From positions 620,001 through 684,000 of the forward strand of contig JAYWIR010000059.1 in the NCBI GenBank assembly GCA_036172245.1: DNA of 64,000 bases, in the 5' to 3' direction. This stretch comes from Raillietiella orientalis. Its lineage: Eukaryota. Every line of letters starts with the position of its first letter. Position 1 is the stretch's first letter. The notes beneath the pieces were generated by a model that ran no database searches, had not been told where the DNA came from, and was given only the letters and a program-made list of their open reading frames with translations. The position numbers were made by a program, and so were the translations under genes. Shown one piece after another: positions 11,200-23,700 of the stretch.

Positions 11200-14100
11200 A
11201 GCACCCCACCCCACCCTCCTATACTACCTTCCCTTGACCACTGGTGCATGCTGCCCGGGCCACATGCATCAGTGGTCAAGGGAAAGTGGTATAGGAGAGT
11301 CGGTTGCGTGCCTGGGAAGAATGATGAGGCCGCCTTCCTCTCTTTCTTCTTGGCGAGCTCTGAACGCGTAATCGCTCCTTCTACTCTTCCGGGACTCTGT
11401 TTCCAGGAAAAAGTATCGAGGACGCTCCTTCCTTTGGCCGGGACGATACGTGAACACAAGTCAAAAGACGCTCGCCCATCCCTGGCTCAAAGACTGAAAA
11501 TGCTGAGTTTTGATATTCGTCTAGGATGGAATCCCACTTTCCATGCCTTCTTCATCTTCGTCTTGATATTCCCTAAACAAAGTGTTGGTCACTGAGAATC
11601 TAGTAATTAAAACTTCTGCTCGTTGTGTAGAACGATCTCATCCATATGTTAAGTCAGCTGTTCATCCTCAGCTACTGATCTCAGCTCGTATCCCCACCGA
11701 CCCCCTAGAGAATGAACCGGCTCAAATTCACGCGAATCCCGTGTTTCCTGATGATTCAAACCGACTCCTAAGCATAGTCAGTTCACTTGCAAAACACAAG
11801 CGTCGGAACTAGTTGTCACGGCCGGTGGTTCAGGATGATCTCATCTCGCTGCCCTCTCACAAATCAAAGTAATCCTGAGTGCCGAAAATTCCCGTACATC
11901 GAGATCAACGAGATGCTTTCAAGATGCATCAATCAGTGCAGGAGGAAAGCGTCAAATTGGGGTCATCTGCTGATTAAGTCGGGAATGAATCCGTAGACGG
12001 GCTTTTATTGGTCTGTGGGTGTGCGGAAGGAGATCACGTTGTCAAATCAGCCAAAATAGAACCCTTTCAACTTAACGTAACGGAAAGTCTGCTCAGAAGA
12101 CCTTCTCCTGTTGTAGCCAGAGGAGGCCTCGGAGAGGGACAAGTGCAGCATAAAGGACGAGAATCATCGAATAGTGGGAGGAGGCCTTCAGCCTGCAACG
12201 TGAGTGGAGCCTCTTTTCCGGCATCTCTCCTTCAGAACCGGAAACCTCGAAACCGAAAGCGACTTCGGCCAAAGAGGCCACACTTAGAAAATGCATTGAG
12301 AACGAAACTTGGAAAATATCTTTATTCGTCTTTTCTGCAGAGCCTGTCGGAGCCAAACGAAGTGCAGGGCTTATCCTTATAGAGGAACATCCTGGTCACT
12401 GTCACGCGGTCACTCCGTAGTGAGAGGAAGGGTTTCTTGAACACCCCTCAGCTGCTGTTCGTAAAGCGATCAGCTCACCTAGGGGCCACTTAGTTGTCTC
12501 TTGTCTTTTTCTGCAATGGTGCAGGAAACCTCCAACCTCGCCGTTTGGCTACTGTCTTCTTTTGCCCTCAGGGAAGACAGAGCAGCGGCGAGGGGTGTGG
12601 CAGCCAGGGTGAAAAACTTCGCGTCCTGCATCACCACTTCGAGAGGTTGTGGCAACAGATGCCTCAGGGGGTGAAGATCTTAAGGCCGCATTCCCTGAAA
12701 TGCAGCCAAGGATTCAACAGCTTCTTGCTGCCAGGAGTTTAAGTTCGACTTGGAAACGTAGTGCGCCGTGTGTGCCTGCCAAAGAGCTCCTCACCAAAGC
12801 CTTCGTTCCTCACCAAACCGCGCATGAGGCATGCAATGTGCAGCGGACGTTTTGACGAGAACGATAGAGTGAACTAGTCTGTACCAAAGTGGTCCGACTC
12901 GATCGATCTCGTCATAACGAACGTTTACATGCCCTGCAGCTGGAAACTCTACCGAAAGAGGATGGAGTTTCTTCTAGAGTCTCTCTATCGAGGATGGTCA
13001 CAATCTGCACACTTGGGGACCATCCACCTGATAGCAGAGAACTTCAACATTCGTTGGCTCTCAGATAAAGGGCCAATCCAGCACTTGCAAAATCAATGCC
13101 TTGTGTGCAACAATGCACACCACAAGCCTGTTGGTTGAAGGACCTTGGGTGTCCAGCTTCATCGACCTCGATCGCCGTCTGTGTTTGCGGGTGGGACGAC
13201 GAGGACGAATACGGTTTGTCAACTCACCCCAAGATCGAGATTTAGATGGTTTTGCCTAGGAATGACTCCAGAAACAACGATTTGCAGGATGCAAGGAGGC
13301 TGGATCAGCCATTGAAAGCATGGAGAGAACTCCGAACCTTGCTGGAAGACTGCTCCACCCACATGGAGGAAGATTGAGATCGTTTAAAGCATTCTGTACA
13401 TCTGTTTAGGGAGTGGTGTTTTCCTAGCATTTCTTCTTCCTCTTGCCGGAAAGGCCGAAGCGCAGGGAAGTCTTACTCCGGGAGCGCACTTCTGGCAGAC
13501 AGCCTCAGCCAGGAAACCATTGTCCTTCTCCCCGGGAGAGGTATGGTGTGTACGATTGGTGGAGGCTAAACGTTCCTCGATTCCCTCTGGCGACGGGGAA
13601 CTCTGCTCCCTGAGTGGGCAGCAGCGACGGACTTCTTTGCTGCGCTTCTTCTCCAGTCTTTCCTTTTTGTTTATCCCGGAGGCTGCCGAGTCTCCTTCAG
13701 ATTTGAGAGACCAACTAGGAAGGAATTGATTTCCCCTCTCCAGGATGCTCCTGAATCTGTTTCCCTGCAAAAGGGCACCGGCGTAAGTATCGTTCCGGAG
13801 GCTGATCTCTCCGGCAGGGGCACCTGCCCGTTCCTCCTCGTGCCCATTCTCGTGAGGGATGCAGTGAACAGCTAGGGGATTCGCGTCCATACTCTCGCGC
13901 GACCGCAGAGAGTATGGACAAGAGTATCGCTGAGAAGGATCAGGTATCCTGTCTCCCGCTTAGCAGAAAACTCGCGGCCACGGGATCACTGGGAAATTGT
14001 AGCCGCCTGGAAACCCCGACCTTTCACGACAGCAGAGTCATGAAACTCCTGAAGAAACGCTCCCTTGGAGAGGTAGTGGACGTCGCTCTCCTGCTTTTCG

Positions 14101-15010
14101 GCACTCAGCGAGTGGCCGTCCGGGACGTTATGCATTTTTTCGATCTTTGATGGGAAGAGGAGGAGCCGGATGTTCCTGCAGCGTGAATGTGCTGGACTTT
14201 CGGAGTCTCCCGCCCGAGTTGCACTCAAGGGAAAGCGTCTCCTCCGGCGAACCAAGCCATGCCAAAAAATGTGGCTGAGGGTCCCGCAAAGGTGGATGGA
14301 CGTTCTCGGAATTCCTCTCGAAAAATTTGAGGTCCCAGGGATTTCCGGTATGCGTGTCAACCCCTCGTCTTCGCCTGAAACACTATTCCATGTCCTGATT
14401 CAGCGGGGAAGCTGCCCAAAGAGCGCACCTACTGAGGCGCATTGGAGGTACTAGATCACTTCCTTCTGGAATGCAGGAGACTGTGCCAGGGATGAGAGTG
14501 CACCGCTGAGCTGTACTGCAGCACCACAGTGCGACCCCTGCGCACGTCCAGGAGGGTTTTCACTTCTCACTGGTTGCCTTACCGCTGGCGATCTTTCGCC
14601 ACATGTGCGCAGCGGTGGTGGTCAAAATGAAGGTGGAGTATGGCCGTCGTCGTACCAGAGAGCCACTACTCCCTCATCTCCAGCCTCACGAGGAAGGTAG
14701 ACAGAGGGATCAGTGTGGGATGTGAGGTCCAGAGGAAGCTTCGGATGATTTTGAGCAGGCTAGCCCGACACCGGTGAGTCCACCTATCATTTCTCCCATC
14801 CCTCCACTGACCAATGCAGGAACTCGGAAATCATGCTGTGTGACGCGCGGAACGATCAGCCTGATCCCTATTTACTTATTTATTGTCCCTCCATCGTCTT
14901 CCTTAGTTCTGTCCCCAGTGAGCACAGTTTCCTTGGGTGCAGGTCGGCACATGTCGGTCTCTGACTGCACTTCTTTTGATTTATTTATTTACTTTAAATA
15001 AATAACCTGG
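11200..15010 (+). mobile_element. Degenerate L1/Tx1-like LINE, near full extent with internal deletions
   Basis: Eroded ORF1 knuckle SARCVERSHPYVKS (~11615-11655); endonuclease QGFN (~GDFN, ~12710) and SIDLVITN (~12900); RT-thumb LSGQQRRTSLL; zinc finger EVLDHFLLEC (~14445-14475); T-rich tail, AATAAA at 14997-15002, then TAACCTGG. Confidence 0.65.
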
Positions 15011-15049
15011 CTATCCGAGACTAGAAGGCGTTTCTTTCCCGAGGACGAG

Positions 15050-16700
15050 AAACATGCAAAGTGGGAGGTCAGCCCTACGAGTGTCGGAGCTCGGGAGCAA
15101 AAAAATAAGGAAGATAGGGAAGGGAGAAGGGTCGCCGATTTAACCTGCCTATCTCTTCCTCAGGCTGCGCCTACCCTCACTCCTCGAGTTGGAGGTGAAG
15201 CCACTTTGACACGTCTCTCATCAAGGAGGAGGTAGAGCCTTCCGTCCATTCCCGGCTCCCGTCCTGCGCGCAGCGCAGGGGTCGCAAGGGGGGGCCCAGA
15301 CCTCCTTGAGACCGCGGCAACAGTCGGAAGTATTCCGCGCGTGGAACAGCAGGCCCTCCGGGATGGGGGCTTCTTCGCGATGAAGGCAGGACAACCGCTG
15401 CCTACGAGGGCGCCGCGATACAGAAGAGAGGAGATGGGAGCATTTCCGCCTCCCCGCACCTGTCGCAGCTCGGGAAGGAGCTGCCCTACCCCCTTGGTGC
15501 AGCAGCGTTGGCACCGTTTCTACCACGACTCCCAACGCACTAAAAACGAAGCCGCCTCCCCTTCCCTCTCGAGGGAGGGAAGACGCGAAGGTGGACCACA
15601 CAGAAGATCCGCCCCCCAGTGGAGCAAATCAGTAGTGTGGGCACTGGGGGACTCCGCGGCGGCCTGTAAAGATCTTTGGGGATTCGTACGCAACTCCGGC
15701 TATGAAGAACTCCCGCCCCGCCCACCGTTCCTCGCCCATAGGGAGATTTGAGAGGGTGCTTCTTCGAGTTCCGTCCCACGTCCCCCAGGAAGACTAGGTT
15801 GTGGACGGCTCGAACCAACATGGAACCGGTCGCGGTCATTAGATGTCCCACTGCCTCTGGTGGTCATGCATGGTAGCTCGCGAAGTGACAGAGGGCGCTT
15901 TTCCAGCAGGACGGAAATGGGGGGAAGTCGAGAGGCGTCACCCGGTCTAGACTGCGGGTCAGCGGTAACGCCGTTTCCCCGCAACCGACCACCTGCCTGT
16001 CTCCGAAGAACGTGGCATGCAGGAAGGCTCCAGTGGCGCATCTAGTCTTCGGCCATCTGAGGAAGCTGCAGCTTCATTTCCTTGTGCATCCAGACCACGA
16101 GAAGGCCATCTCGCGCATCATGCTGCACTGCATCCAGTCTCTCTACCCCTTCCAGCAAATACATAATGTTCCCGGGATTGAAGTCTGGTACATGCAGCAA
16201 GCCTCGATCTTCTCGCCGTCTGGAAAGCTGCGAGAAGAAAACAGGTTTTCTAGCTCAGAAGCGGTCCAGCACGGGATGGAACTTCGCCTCAGATCCGGAA
16301 CCGTTGTAAGTGCTTTCTCATTTGTGCACCAAGAGGGACGACTCCTCAGCCAAGAGCATGAGGAAAGCGACCGCTGTACCATGGAGCGCTGTAGGCGGAT
16401 CATTTCAGATCTGCATTTATCACTGTGATCGGACCAGGAGACGGGATGACGGAACGGAACGATAATTTTGGAACGTCTGCTGTCCCTCTGGGAAGGCAGC
16501 GGCGGCGTTGAACAGAGCAAAGAAAGGAAAAGAAGGCATCGTGAGGCAGCTCCGTGTCTGTCCTCCGGAGTCTGGGCTCATCTCACAAGCACCGATAGTG
16601 CCTGCTCCTTGGCATCCTCAAAATGGCAAAGCGGATTTAGGAACTCGGAATCCTTATGCTGACCACACAAAAACACCGATGACGTCCTAGAACATCGAAC
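15050..16700 (-). mobile_element. Degenerate LINE 3' portion (duplicated at ~57756-59406, +)
   Basis: Eroded RT-thumb and zinc-finger-like text (VLHSRSCVRI..PQCPH) and a pyrimidine-rich tail on the minus strand at ~15090-15130. Confidence 0.4.
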
Positions 16701-16719
16701 ACAGCAGGGACATTTACTG

Positions 16720-17200
16720 GACACACAGACTTGCTCATTCTATTTCTGGAAGGCTAGTGGAGCTTCCGTATCTCCTGCATCATGATCTTGAAGGAACCAG
16801 TACCGATATTCGCACCTGAGGGCTTCTCAGAGAACTGGACATCTACTTCTATCACGAAATTAGCTAACAAAACTGCGTGGGCTGTGATGGATTCTTCTCC
16901 TTTAGTTCATCCCCAAATTGTTCGAAACAAAATCCTGAGATGCAGTTTCGTCAGCATAACTTGATAGATAAGAATCTTGTGATTCCAATTCCTCTCGGAG
17001 TGTTCTTGATTTCAGAAAGACTGGTATCTTTCGTACCAAACGAAACTGTATCCATACCTGCGTCGTCCTTCTTTCCAGAGGAAAGGTATAGTTTTCAACT
17101 AGCAATAATCGCACCTCCCTTAAGTTCAGCGGCAGCAATATTGCCCGTGAGCAAGGTTAATCAGAGGAAAGGTAATCTTCACCAGGGCAGGATTTTATCC
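16720..17200 (-). pseudogene. PLS PPR relic carried inside the duplicated segment (copy at ~57256-57736, +)
   Basis: LLVENYTFPL (~+D.+TFP.+) and FEQFGDELKEKN..LIS (~FDE+.EK+++.W+++I+). Confidence 0.45.
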
Positions 17201-17214
17201 GCTGACACAGGAAC

Positions 17215-17800
17215 GTTGATTTTAAAAAATAAACAAGTCAGAGGGGAACAACAGTGCTCCCTCAATACAAGAGACGCGGCAAAAAAAAAGGTTAATTTGG
17301 GATAACTACCGGCACCTAGGCAGGCTTCCAAAAGGTAGGGAATGGAGAGTGGAGGAAATAAATAAATGAAAAAAAGACGGGAGGGTAAGGTTGCGCATGT
17401 TTCTTCCTTCCTAGAAGCGTTCATGTATGGTGGCGATCTCACTGATGAACTATTCAAGCAGATGGGGCAGCTGCCCTCATGAAGGCGGCTTCAATGCTGT
17501 GGCCTCCTTTCGCTGCAAACATGACTTCAGCACATGGCGAACTGTTAATATGGAACCGATGCAACATATGGTTGCGATCATAGCACTCTTGAAGCCCTCT
17601 GCGGCAATGGGAGATCCCGAGTCCGAGCAAAACACTTGTGGCTCCTCCTCGCGACGGAGGACTTGGACTGCTGACGTTGGGGGCACATGGAAGTTCAGTT
17701 GAACTTTCAAAAACTGGCCTTCGTGGCACAGAACTGGGCCAACCATTGGTGCGCCCCTGCACGTTTGCTCCCCCGGCTGGAGGTCGGTGGCGAAGGACTC
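17215..17800 (-). mobile_element. LINE 3' end relic (copy at ~56656-57241, +)
   Basis: Same terminal order as the other LINEs here: T-rich tract, GCCGGTAG, hairpin GAGGGAGCA-ctgt-TGTTCCCCTC, T-tract. Confidence 0.35.
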
Positions 17801-17849
17801 GCAACCCTGTTTGCGTGTCACCACCGCCGGCTCCCATCTTGAGGTTTCC

Positions 17850-18920
17850 CTCTCCGGTGTGTCACTGCTCTGGTGAGAGCGAACACGTGGATTCGCTGCC
17901 GTTCTGAAAATACTCCGGCCTGGAGGCAGGAGAAAGTGAGGACGTGGGTGCAGCTCACCCGAATCCCGCCAGAAGTTACCCTCTGCCGGAAGTTACCCGC
18001 TGGAGAGTTCCAGAAGAACAGCGGAAGAACAGTGGAGGAGGTGGGTAGTGAGCTGGCTACCCAGCTGGTCTACCCACCAGCCATCCCCTTCGTCCTCCAC
18101 TGTGGGAGTACATAGCACCTGCCTACCGGCGGAGTGGGAGGTTTCCTGCGAGATCTCGGCCCGCAGGAAGCCTATTGGTGGCTGGACTCCGCGTCAGCCA
18201 GCTGACGCGGCAACAGCAAGAACCGTCTCCAAAGCACTGGAACGTTGGGGCGAACTCTTCTCCATTCGACCTGAAGAGATGGAAGTGCCCCCTGTGTTTA
18301 TAGACAGGAAGCTGCTTCCCCTCAAGTGGCAGCAATCGGCGCTGCTGATACTGCACTGGGGTCTTCCGTGCAATGCGCGCCGGCACCACTGGACGAGGGG
18401 GAGCGCATCGCCGAACTGTGCCATTTGTGGGGAGAAGTAGACCTTCCCCTACATCAAAGTGCAGTGCGTCGCCCTCCAGGACTTGTGGGAACGTTTCTTC
18501 GCGTCCCTTCCTCACCCCGTGGACGATCCCAGAGACTCTTTGAGACCCCTCTTTGTGCGGGGCGCCATGACACTCGCAGCCGCACTCACAGCGCTGTTCC
18601 ACGTGCGCCGTGTCGTCGCGGCGAATTGCGCGGCCGAGGGAGGTCAGAGCGAGGGGGGCTGTCCTGCATGCCATCCGCTTCCTGCAGATAGCTTTCAGGT
18701 GGCCCCACCTGGAAAGGGAGAAGGAGCTCGCCAGCATCCTTCAACGGATGCAGAGGCCTCACCCACCACGAAATGTGATCCCTTTCCTTCTTCCCAAGTA
18801 GTTTTTGTTTTTTTTTAATTGTTTTTTGGGCTGTTTGTTATAATTTGCTTTCATTTTCTATTTTTGTTTCATCCCCTTCCCCTTCTTGGACGCGATGGAC
18901 TTCTCCGGCTCCCCCCTTTC
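17850..18920 (+). mobile_element. L1/Tx1-like LINE 3' portion with zf-RVT (copy at ~55536-56606, -)
   Basis: LLILHWGLPCNARRHHWTRGSASPNCAICGEK*TFPYIKVQCVALQDLWE at ~18340-18490; T-rich 3' UTR at 18800-18870. Confidence 0.8.
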
Positions 18921-18924
18921 TTTC

Positions 18925-20080
18925 TAGTGTAACAATGGGAATTGGTGGGCTATCGGCTCCATGGATTTCTGTAAGAGAATAAACGCGCCGGCGCACCCGG
19001 GTGTGAAACCACAGCACCCTTCTTCAGCTCTTCTTCGATGAAGAAGCGTTTCAGCAAGTCCAAAGCGGTATCCTGGGGTTGACGGAGCGCCGAAGCCAGT
19101 CGCACCCACATGTCCTCCAGGTCTCTACAGTCCAACAGGTGGAGGAAGGATTCCATCACCTCTCACCGGGGACATTCCAGTGAGGCAACTCATGCTGAAA
19201 ATCTATTGTACGTTGATTGCATGGAAATCCTCCCAGCCCAGAAACAGCAGTACGTCCTGTGATATCCAGCGGAGCGGGAAGACAGAGGTGTCCGTACACA
19301 GGGAAGGGACTACGAGTTCTTCGGGGACACACCCAGCAGATCGTTCCACCGAAATAGCCCTCTCGCTCGGGAACTGGAAGTGGCGCCGTCCATCAGCTCG
19401 CTCCTCTTGCAGCCATGAGGAGTTTCTCGACTCCTTCAATTTTTCAGAATTCCCATCCCGCCGATTGGATGCTGTCATTTGCCCTGAGTGCAGACAGTGC
19501 TGCGACAAGGGGTGTGACGGCTATCCGAGATCACTGTGTCCAATTCTGCAAGAGATCTTCCAGCAGTCTGCTTAGGAGATTCTGCAGCGGTCTCAGTTCC
19601 TCTGGGTGCACCTCCAAAGAGCAGCCCAGGACTCCAGAGCCTTCTGTCTGCGGATGTTCCAGGGACGGTAAGAGATCCATGTTGAGCTAGCAGTAGTGAG
19701 GACAGGTGCTTCAGGGAGTAGCCAAATCCGGCCCTCCGACGTAGGTTGCGCGGCTGTAGCGAAAGAAGTCCTGCCTCTCCAGCGCATTGCTGGAGGATGT
19801 GGCTTGCCGGAGCATGCCAAGGGGAAGACCACACTTTCCCACACAAGGACTGGAGTCGGAACTGCACCTGCAGTCGGATCTTCTGAAGGATCAGGATGCC
19901 CAAACCATCGTACTAGAGGGATAGGAATGTGCGCCCAAATCTTCAGTATCTCTTTTTAAACGGTTGCTGCCTGATGACCTTCACACCCATGAAGTTCAAC
20001 TGCCGAAAGAGACTGCCTCACGCATCAAGCGCTTGATCAGACTTTGAACAGCTGCAAGAGAGAGGACCTTAGTCTTCGGC
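18925..20080 (-). mobile_element. LINE 3' portion, second family
   Basis: ESFLHLLDCRDLEDMWVRLASAL..DLLKRFF (ORF 18950-19159) is the zf-RVT tail; homologous to 55280-55475. Confidence 0.65.
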
Positions 20081-20149
20081 TTCAATCCGAGATTGCCTTG
20101 CCTTATGAAAGCCGGGCTAGAAAGACACTCAAGCTACAGATCTCAATTC

Positions 20150-21250
20150 TGAATATTTTGATGTGATATCTTGGTGTGAACTTCTTCCCTAGAAGAACCT
20201 CCTTCTGGGAGAAGTGATCCTTTTCTTTTTAAGCTCCGTTTTTCCGAATCGGAAGTGCTCCTCAGTTGCCGGTAATTTCATTGCTGTTCGAAAACTTTCG
20301 GAATGACCCTTTCGTGTTATCTAACACGTGTTCTCTAGAAACTGTTACGAGTACTTACGAGTACTCATGTAGAATTGGTTTTTCTCGAGTCTCGCATTGT
20401 TTTATCCACCCTCTTCACTTTCTCCTGAAACCATTACGGATCACATCCATCTCTGAACCTTGATCGAAAGAAAGATATTTCTTCAAAAGCGTTTCGAAAG
20501 TACATGAGGGGTTACACTGAATATCTGGAGCATTTTAGAAAGAACTCACCTTCGATAGTCCACTGGGAACAACCAGGTGCTTCAGAATCCTCAGTGCTAT
20601 TAAAATTATCTCATTAGATCCCTGATTTTGTGAACTTATTATTGCATTGTATCTGTGAACCCTGCATGGTCATGATTGCTCCCCAACAGTGGTGTGCTCT
20701 TTTCTGATCCTTTCGAAATTCTCCGAAAGACTTCTTTGGACCTCCTTTCTTCTTCATTTGATCCTGGAAGTGGCACATCTGCATTCAAGGTTGAGATTGG
20801 ACCTCTACACTTCCACTCGGTCTTTGTGATATCTTCGGACTTCTCAAACCTTCCTTTTGAAATCACCGCTTACGAGAGAACGACAGCTTTCTCGATAATT
20901 TTCCTTTCAAAGAGACGTCAGAATTCGTCTACTTAGCTAGTGATACCTCCTGATTCTAATTTTATGACATCAAAAGCTGATGTATCTCTTGAGGCCTCCT
21001 TTTTGAGCAAATTCCGTAGTTATCTCAACCTTACTTCTTTCCGCTTTGATTTTAGGATAGTCTCGCTCCTTTTCTTCTCATCTCCGAGAGAATCTGAGTT
21101 ACTGAAAACAGCTGTACTGATTGCAATGCGAGTAACTAATGACAATCTAAAGCTGCCTGCTGCTCTTGTCGATGGGGACACTTTCCATCCTCACACAACC
21201 TTTCTGAAGAGAAAATTCATCTGTGCATTTATTTTTTCCTGTTGCAGAAT
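20150..21250 (-). pseudogene. Unidentified decayed coding relic (charged, low-complexity)
   Basis: One minus-strand frame reads protein-like for ~170 codons with isolated stops (SLGDEKKRSETILKSKRKEVRLR*LRNLLKKE...EEERRSKEVFRRISKGSEK). The mirrored plus frame has long stop-free runs. Confidence 0.4.
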
Positions 21251-21399
21251 AATCGTTACTCTTGGGTTATTGGACGCAGCTTTTCTGCAGATCACACCTT
21301 CGTAAAGGAACCATTTGTCGGGGTGTCTTTGCTATCTTTCTCACATGGGACAGTTTGCAGTCAGTCATCACTATTTGCAGTCCAGTTAGATTTCTTGTA

Positions 21400-21700
21400 G
21401 GAGCACACATCGTTTAGTAATTATGTGGTTTGCCTACAAGAAATGTGTCGTCTTGAAGTCTTATGGAGATGTCATAGGGATCTGGAGATGGTGACATAAA
21501 AAAATATCCAAGCTGAATCGGTTTTAAAGGTGTAGAAACTTTTGCTGTCATATCTTGCTGATCTGCATACCCACGTAACATGAGAAGCTCAAGAAATAAA
21601 AGTTTGTTTTGAAAACAAATCATGATGGAATTATCATAAATATGAATATTTTGCAAACTTTCCTTTTGGAGAAAAAATCACACTAAGAGCAAACTCTAAA
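21400..21700 (-). pseudogene. Possible PPR relic
   Basis: LLMLRGYADQQDMTAK (~++.GY+++G...A), FFMSPSPDPY. Confidence 0.3.
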
Positions 21701-22349
21701 TTTGGCGATAAATTTCCCTGAAAATTTCAAAAGAATAGAGTTGCGGCAAAAAAAATCACAGACGATGGACGTCTTAGCAAAGAATTCAGTGTCCTGAATC
21801 GTATTATGGCCAATTAATTTTTTAAGGATTGAAAACCTGACCAAATAATTCATTAAAGTTCCTCACTGCTGGAAACGCAGATACGGTTGCCAAAACTACT
21901 GGTGTTAAATGCTCTGTGATTCCCGAAATTCTTTCTCGACCTCATTCGTTCCATCCCTACAGCAGTCACTTACTTTAAGTCACTACAGCTTTGGTTTCCA
22001 TATAATTGAGACCCCTAACTTTCAAGCTCGGAGTCCAACAAAAGTGTACCATACCTTATATCATTTCGGATTTGTTATCATCGGATTTAGGTCTTTCTCT
22101 CTCTCTCTCACTCTCTCGCAGTTGTAAGCAAAAAAGCTTGCCGGTATGACTGTTTGGTGCATCCACATTCGTAGTCCATAGTGCGTCTTGCAACATCTGC
22201 TTTGCTTTTAATAAGTTCTTGAATTGTCATTCTCTCCTATTCCCGAAGCTACTTTTTTGTGAAAGGTAAGAAAGGTTCCCACCTGGCAACAATCACTTCT
22301 CCCCATTTCCGTTGTCCCCTATGATACTACCCTTGCGCAAAACCTGCAA

Positions 22350-23300
22350 GTTAAGAAAGGTCACGCATATGTAAAATTTTTCATGGACCAGGGAGGAAAC
22401 CTTTCAAAGGACATTTCATTAAGTAAAACTGTAGATGAGGGATTTGCTCAGTTGTTTAGGCATGATCCGTGAAAGATCATAAATTAATGTGGTCATCAGT
22501 TTATGTAGAGAATCTGTATCTAAAAGGTGCTCAATAATCGTGACTCCTTCGGTGGTAGAATCAAGGAGGGTGCTCTGAATACGACGTAGTCGTCTCTATT
22601 GACTCCAAACGATGTCTCCATCCTCTCAACGGAGCTGTTGAAAGATGTCTCGGCTCAGCAGCAACAACCGCATGTCAGAGAAGGATGAATTGGAGAGTCT
22701 TTTGTCTTCAGCGACTGGCAACGCATTCATCATTTAGTACCAGTACAGTGTTGGTGAGAGATGAAAAGACCGAAGATGGTGGAAGGACATCCATTCCACG
22801 ATTCGCATCCGCAATCTTTCTGAATTGATAACCAGATGAAGCATCAGGCACAGCAGCTGAAGAGCTGATGTACGCTTTCGGAAAAGCCACTATCGAGATT
22901 TTGATTTGAAATGATTCTCCTCAGGACTCCATGCGGTTCTGCATTCTGGTGCATACTTATCTGCTGACTCATCACTCAAAGGCGGTCCAGCATCCTGTTT
23001 CTTCAACAAGCTGGAGCAAGCATATCATGATTCCTTTTTCCAAGAAACTTCGAATGCAAGACTGTTGCAAATGTGAACACGAAAAATCCCATTCTATTTC
23101 GATGCTTTCCATGTTCGTTGAAAAGCTGCCAGATGCTGAAAGACGAGCACTTTGTAGGGAGCTTTTTTCCCTCGATAGTTTGAAATGTAGTCGTTTCTTC
23201 GAGATTGTTCCTTGTTTTGGGGGCTCATCATGCTTCCGATGGATTCGAGAACCTCTTCCCTCTCCTTGTTGCACACTCTGAGCATAACTGACAAAGTGGG
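22350..23300 (+). pseudogene. P-class PPR relic
   Basis: VDEGFAQLFR, NVVISLCRE (~N++I..LC+.G), ILVHTY, IMIPFSKKLRMQDC. Confidence 0.45.
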
Positions 23301-23419
23301 GAAACTTTCGAAAAATATCGATGCATACTTCAAGATTTCAGTTTCTGGTCCTGAAACGTTAATTTGAGATCAGAAACTCTAGTCCAGGATACGGTCAGTG
23401 AATCAGAGTTGAATTTTCT

Positions 23420-23700
23420 TAAGCTTTGCAAGCTCCTCTTTGCTTTGCAGTCCTTCGACCAAGTTTGTTTACCTCTGCTGCAACCGATCTCGGGTTACTA
23501 AGTTCGCAGAAAAATCTCCATAAGGAAATTCATGATTTGCAATTAGAAATTATTTTCAAGAAAACTTGGGAGATATATTTTTTTTCTCCTAAGAAAAGCA
23601 GCACAAAATTTCTAATGCCCTGTTCAATATCTAAAGGAGAAGTTGCTGTAAGAGAAGAGAGTGACTATCAGTGGTTGTAGATTCTTGATAAACCTTTGCA
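23420..23700 (+). pseudogene. PLS PPR relic (L motif)
   Basis: VLRPSLFTSAATDLGLLSSQKNLHKEIHDLQLE resembles G++P+.+T+..+L......L..G++IH..+. Confidence 0.5.

Larger units (their letters stand above)
14899..18951 (+). repeat. Left copy of a 4053-bp near-perfect inverted duplication
   Basis: Reverse complement of 55505-59557 (x maps to 74456-x). All ORFs in the track are mirrored identically. Two mismatches seen, at 14923/59533 and 18878/55578. Confidence 0.98.
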
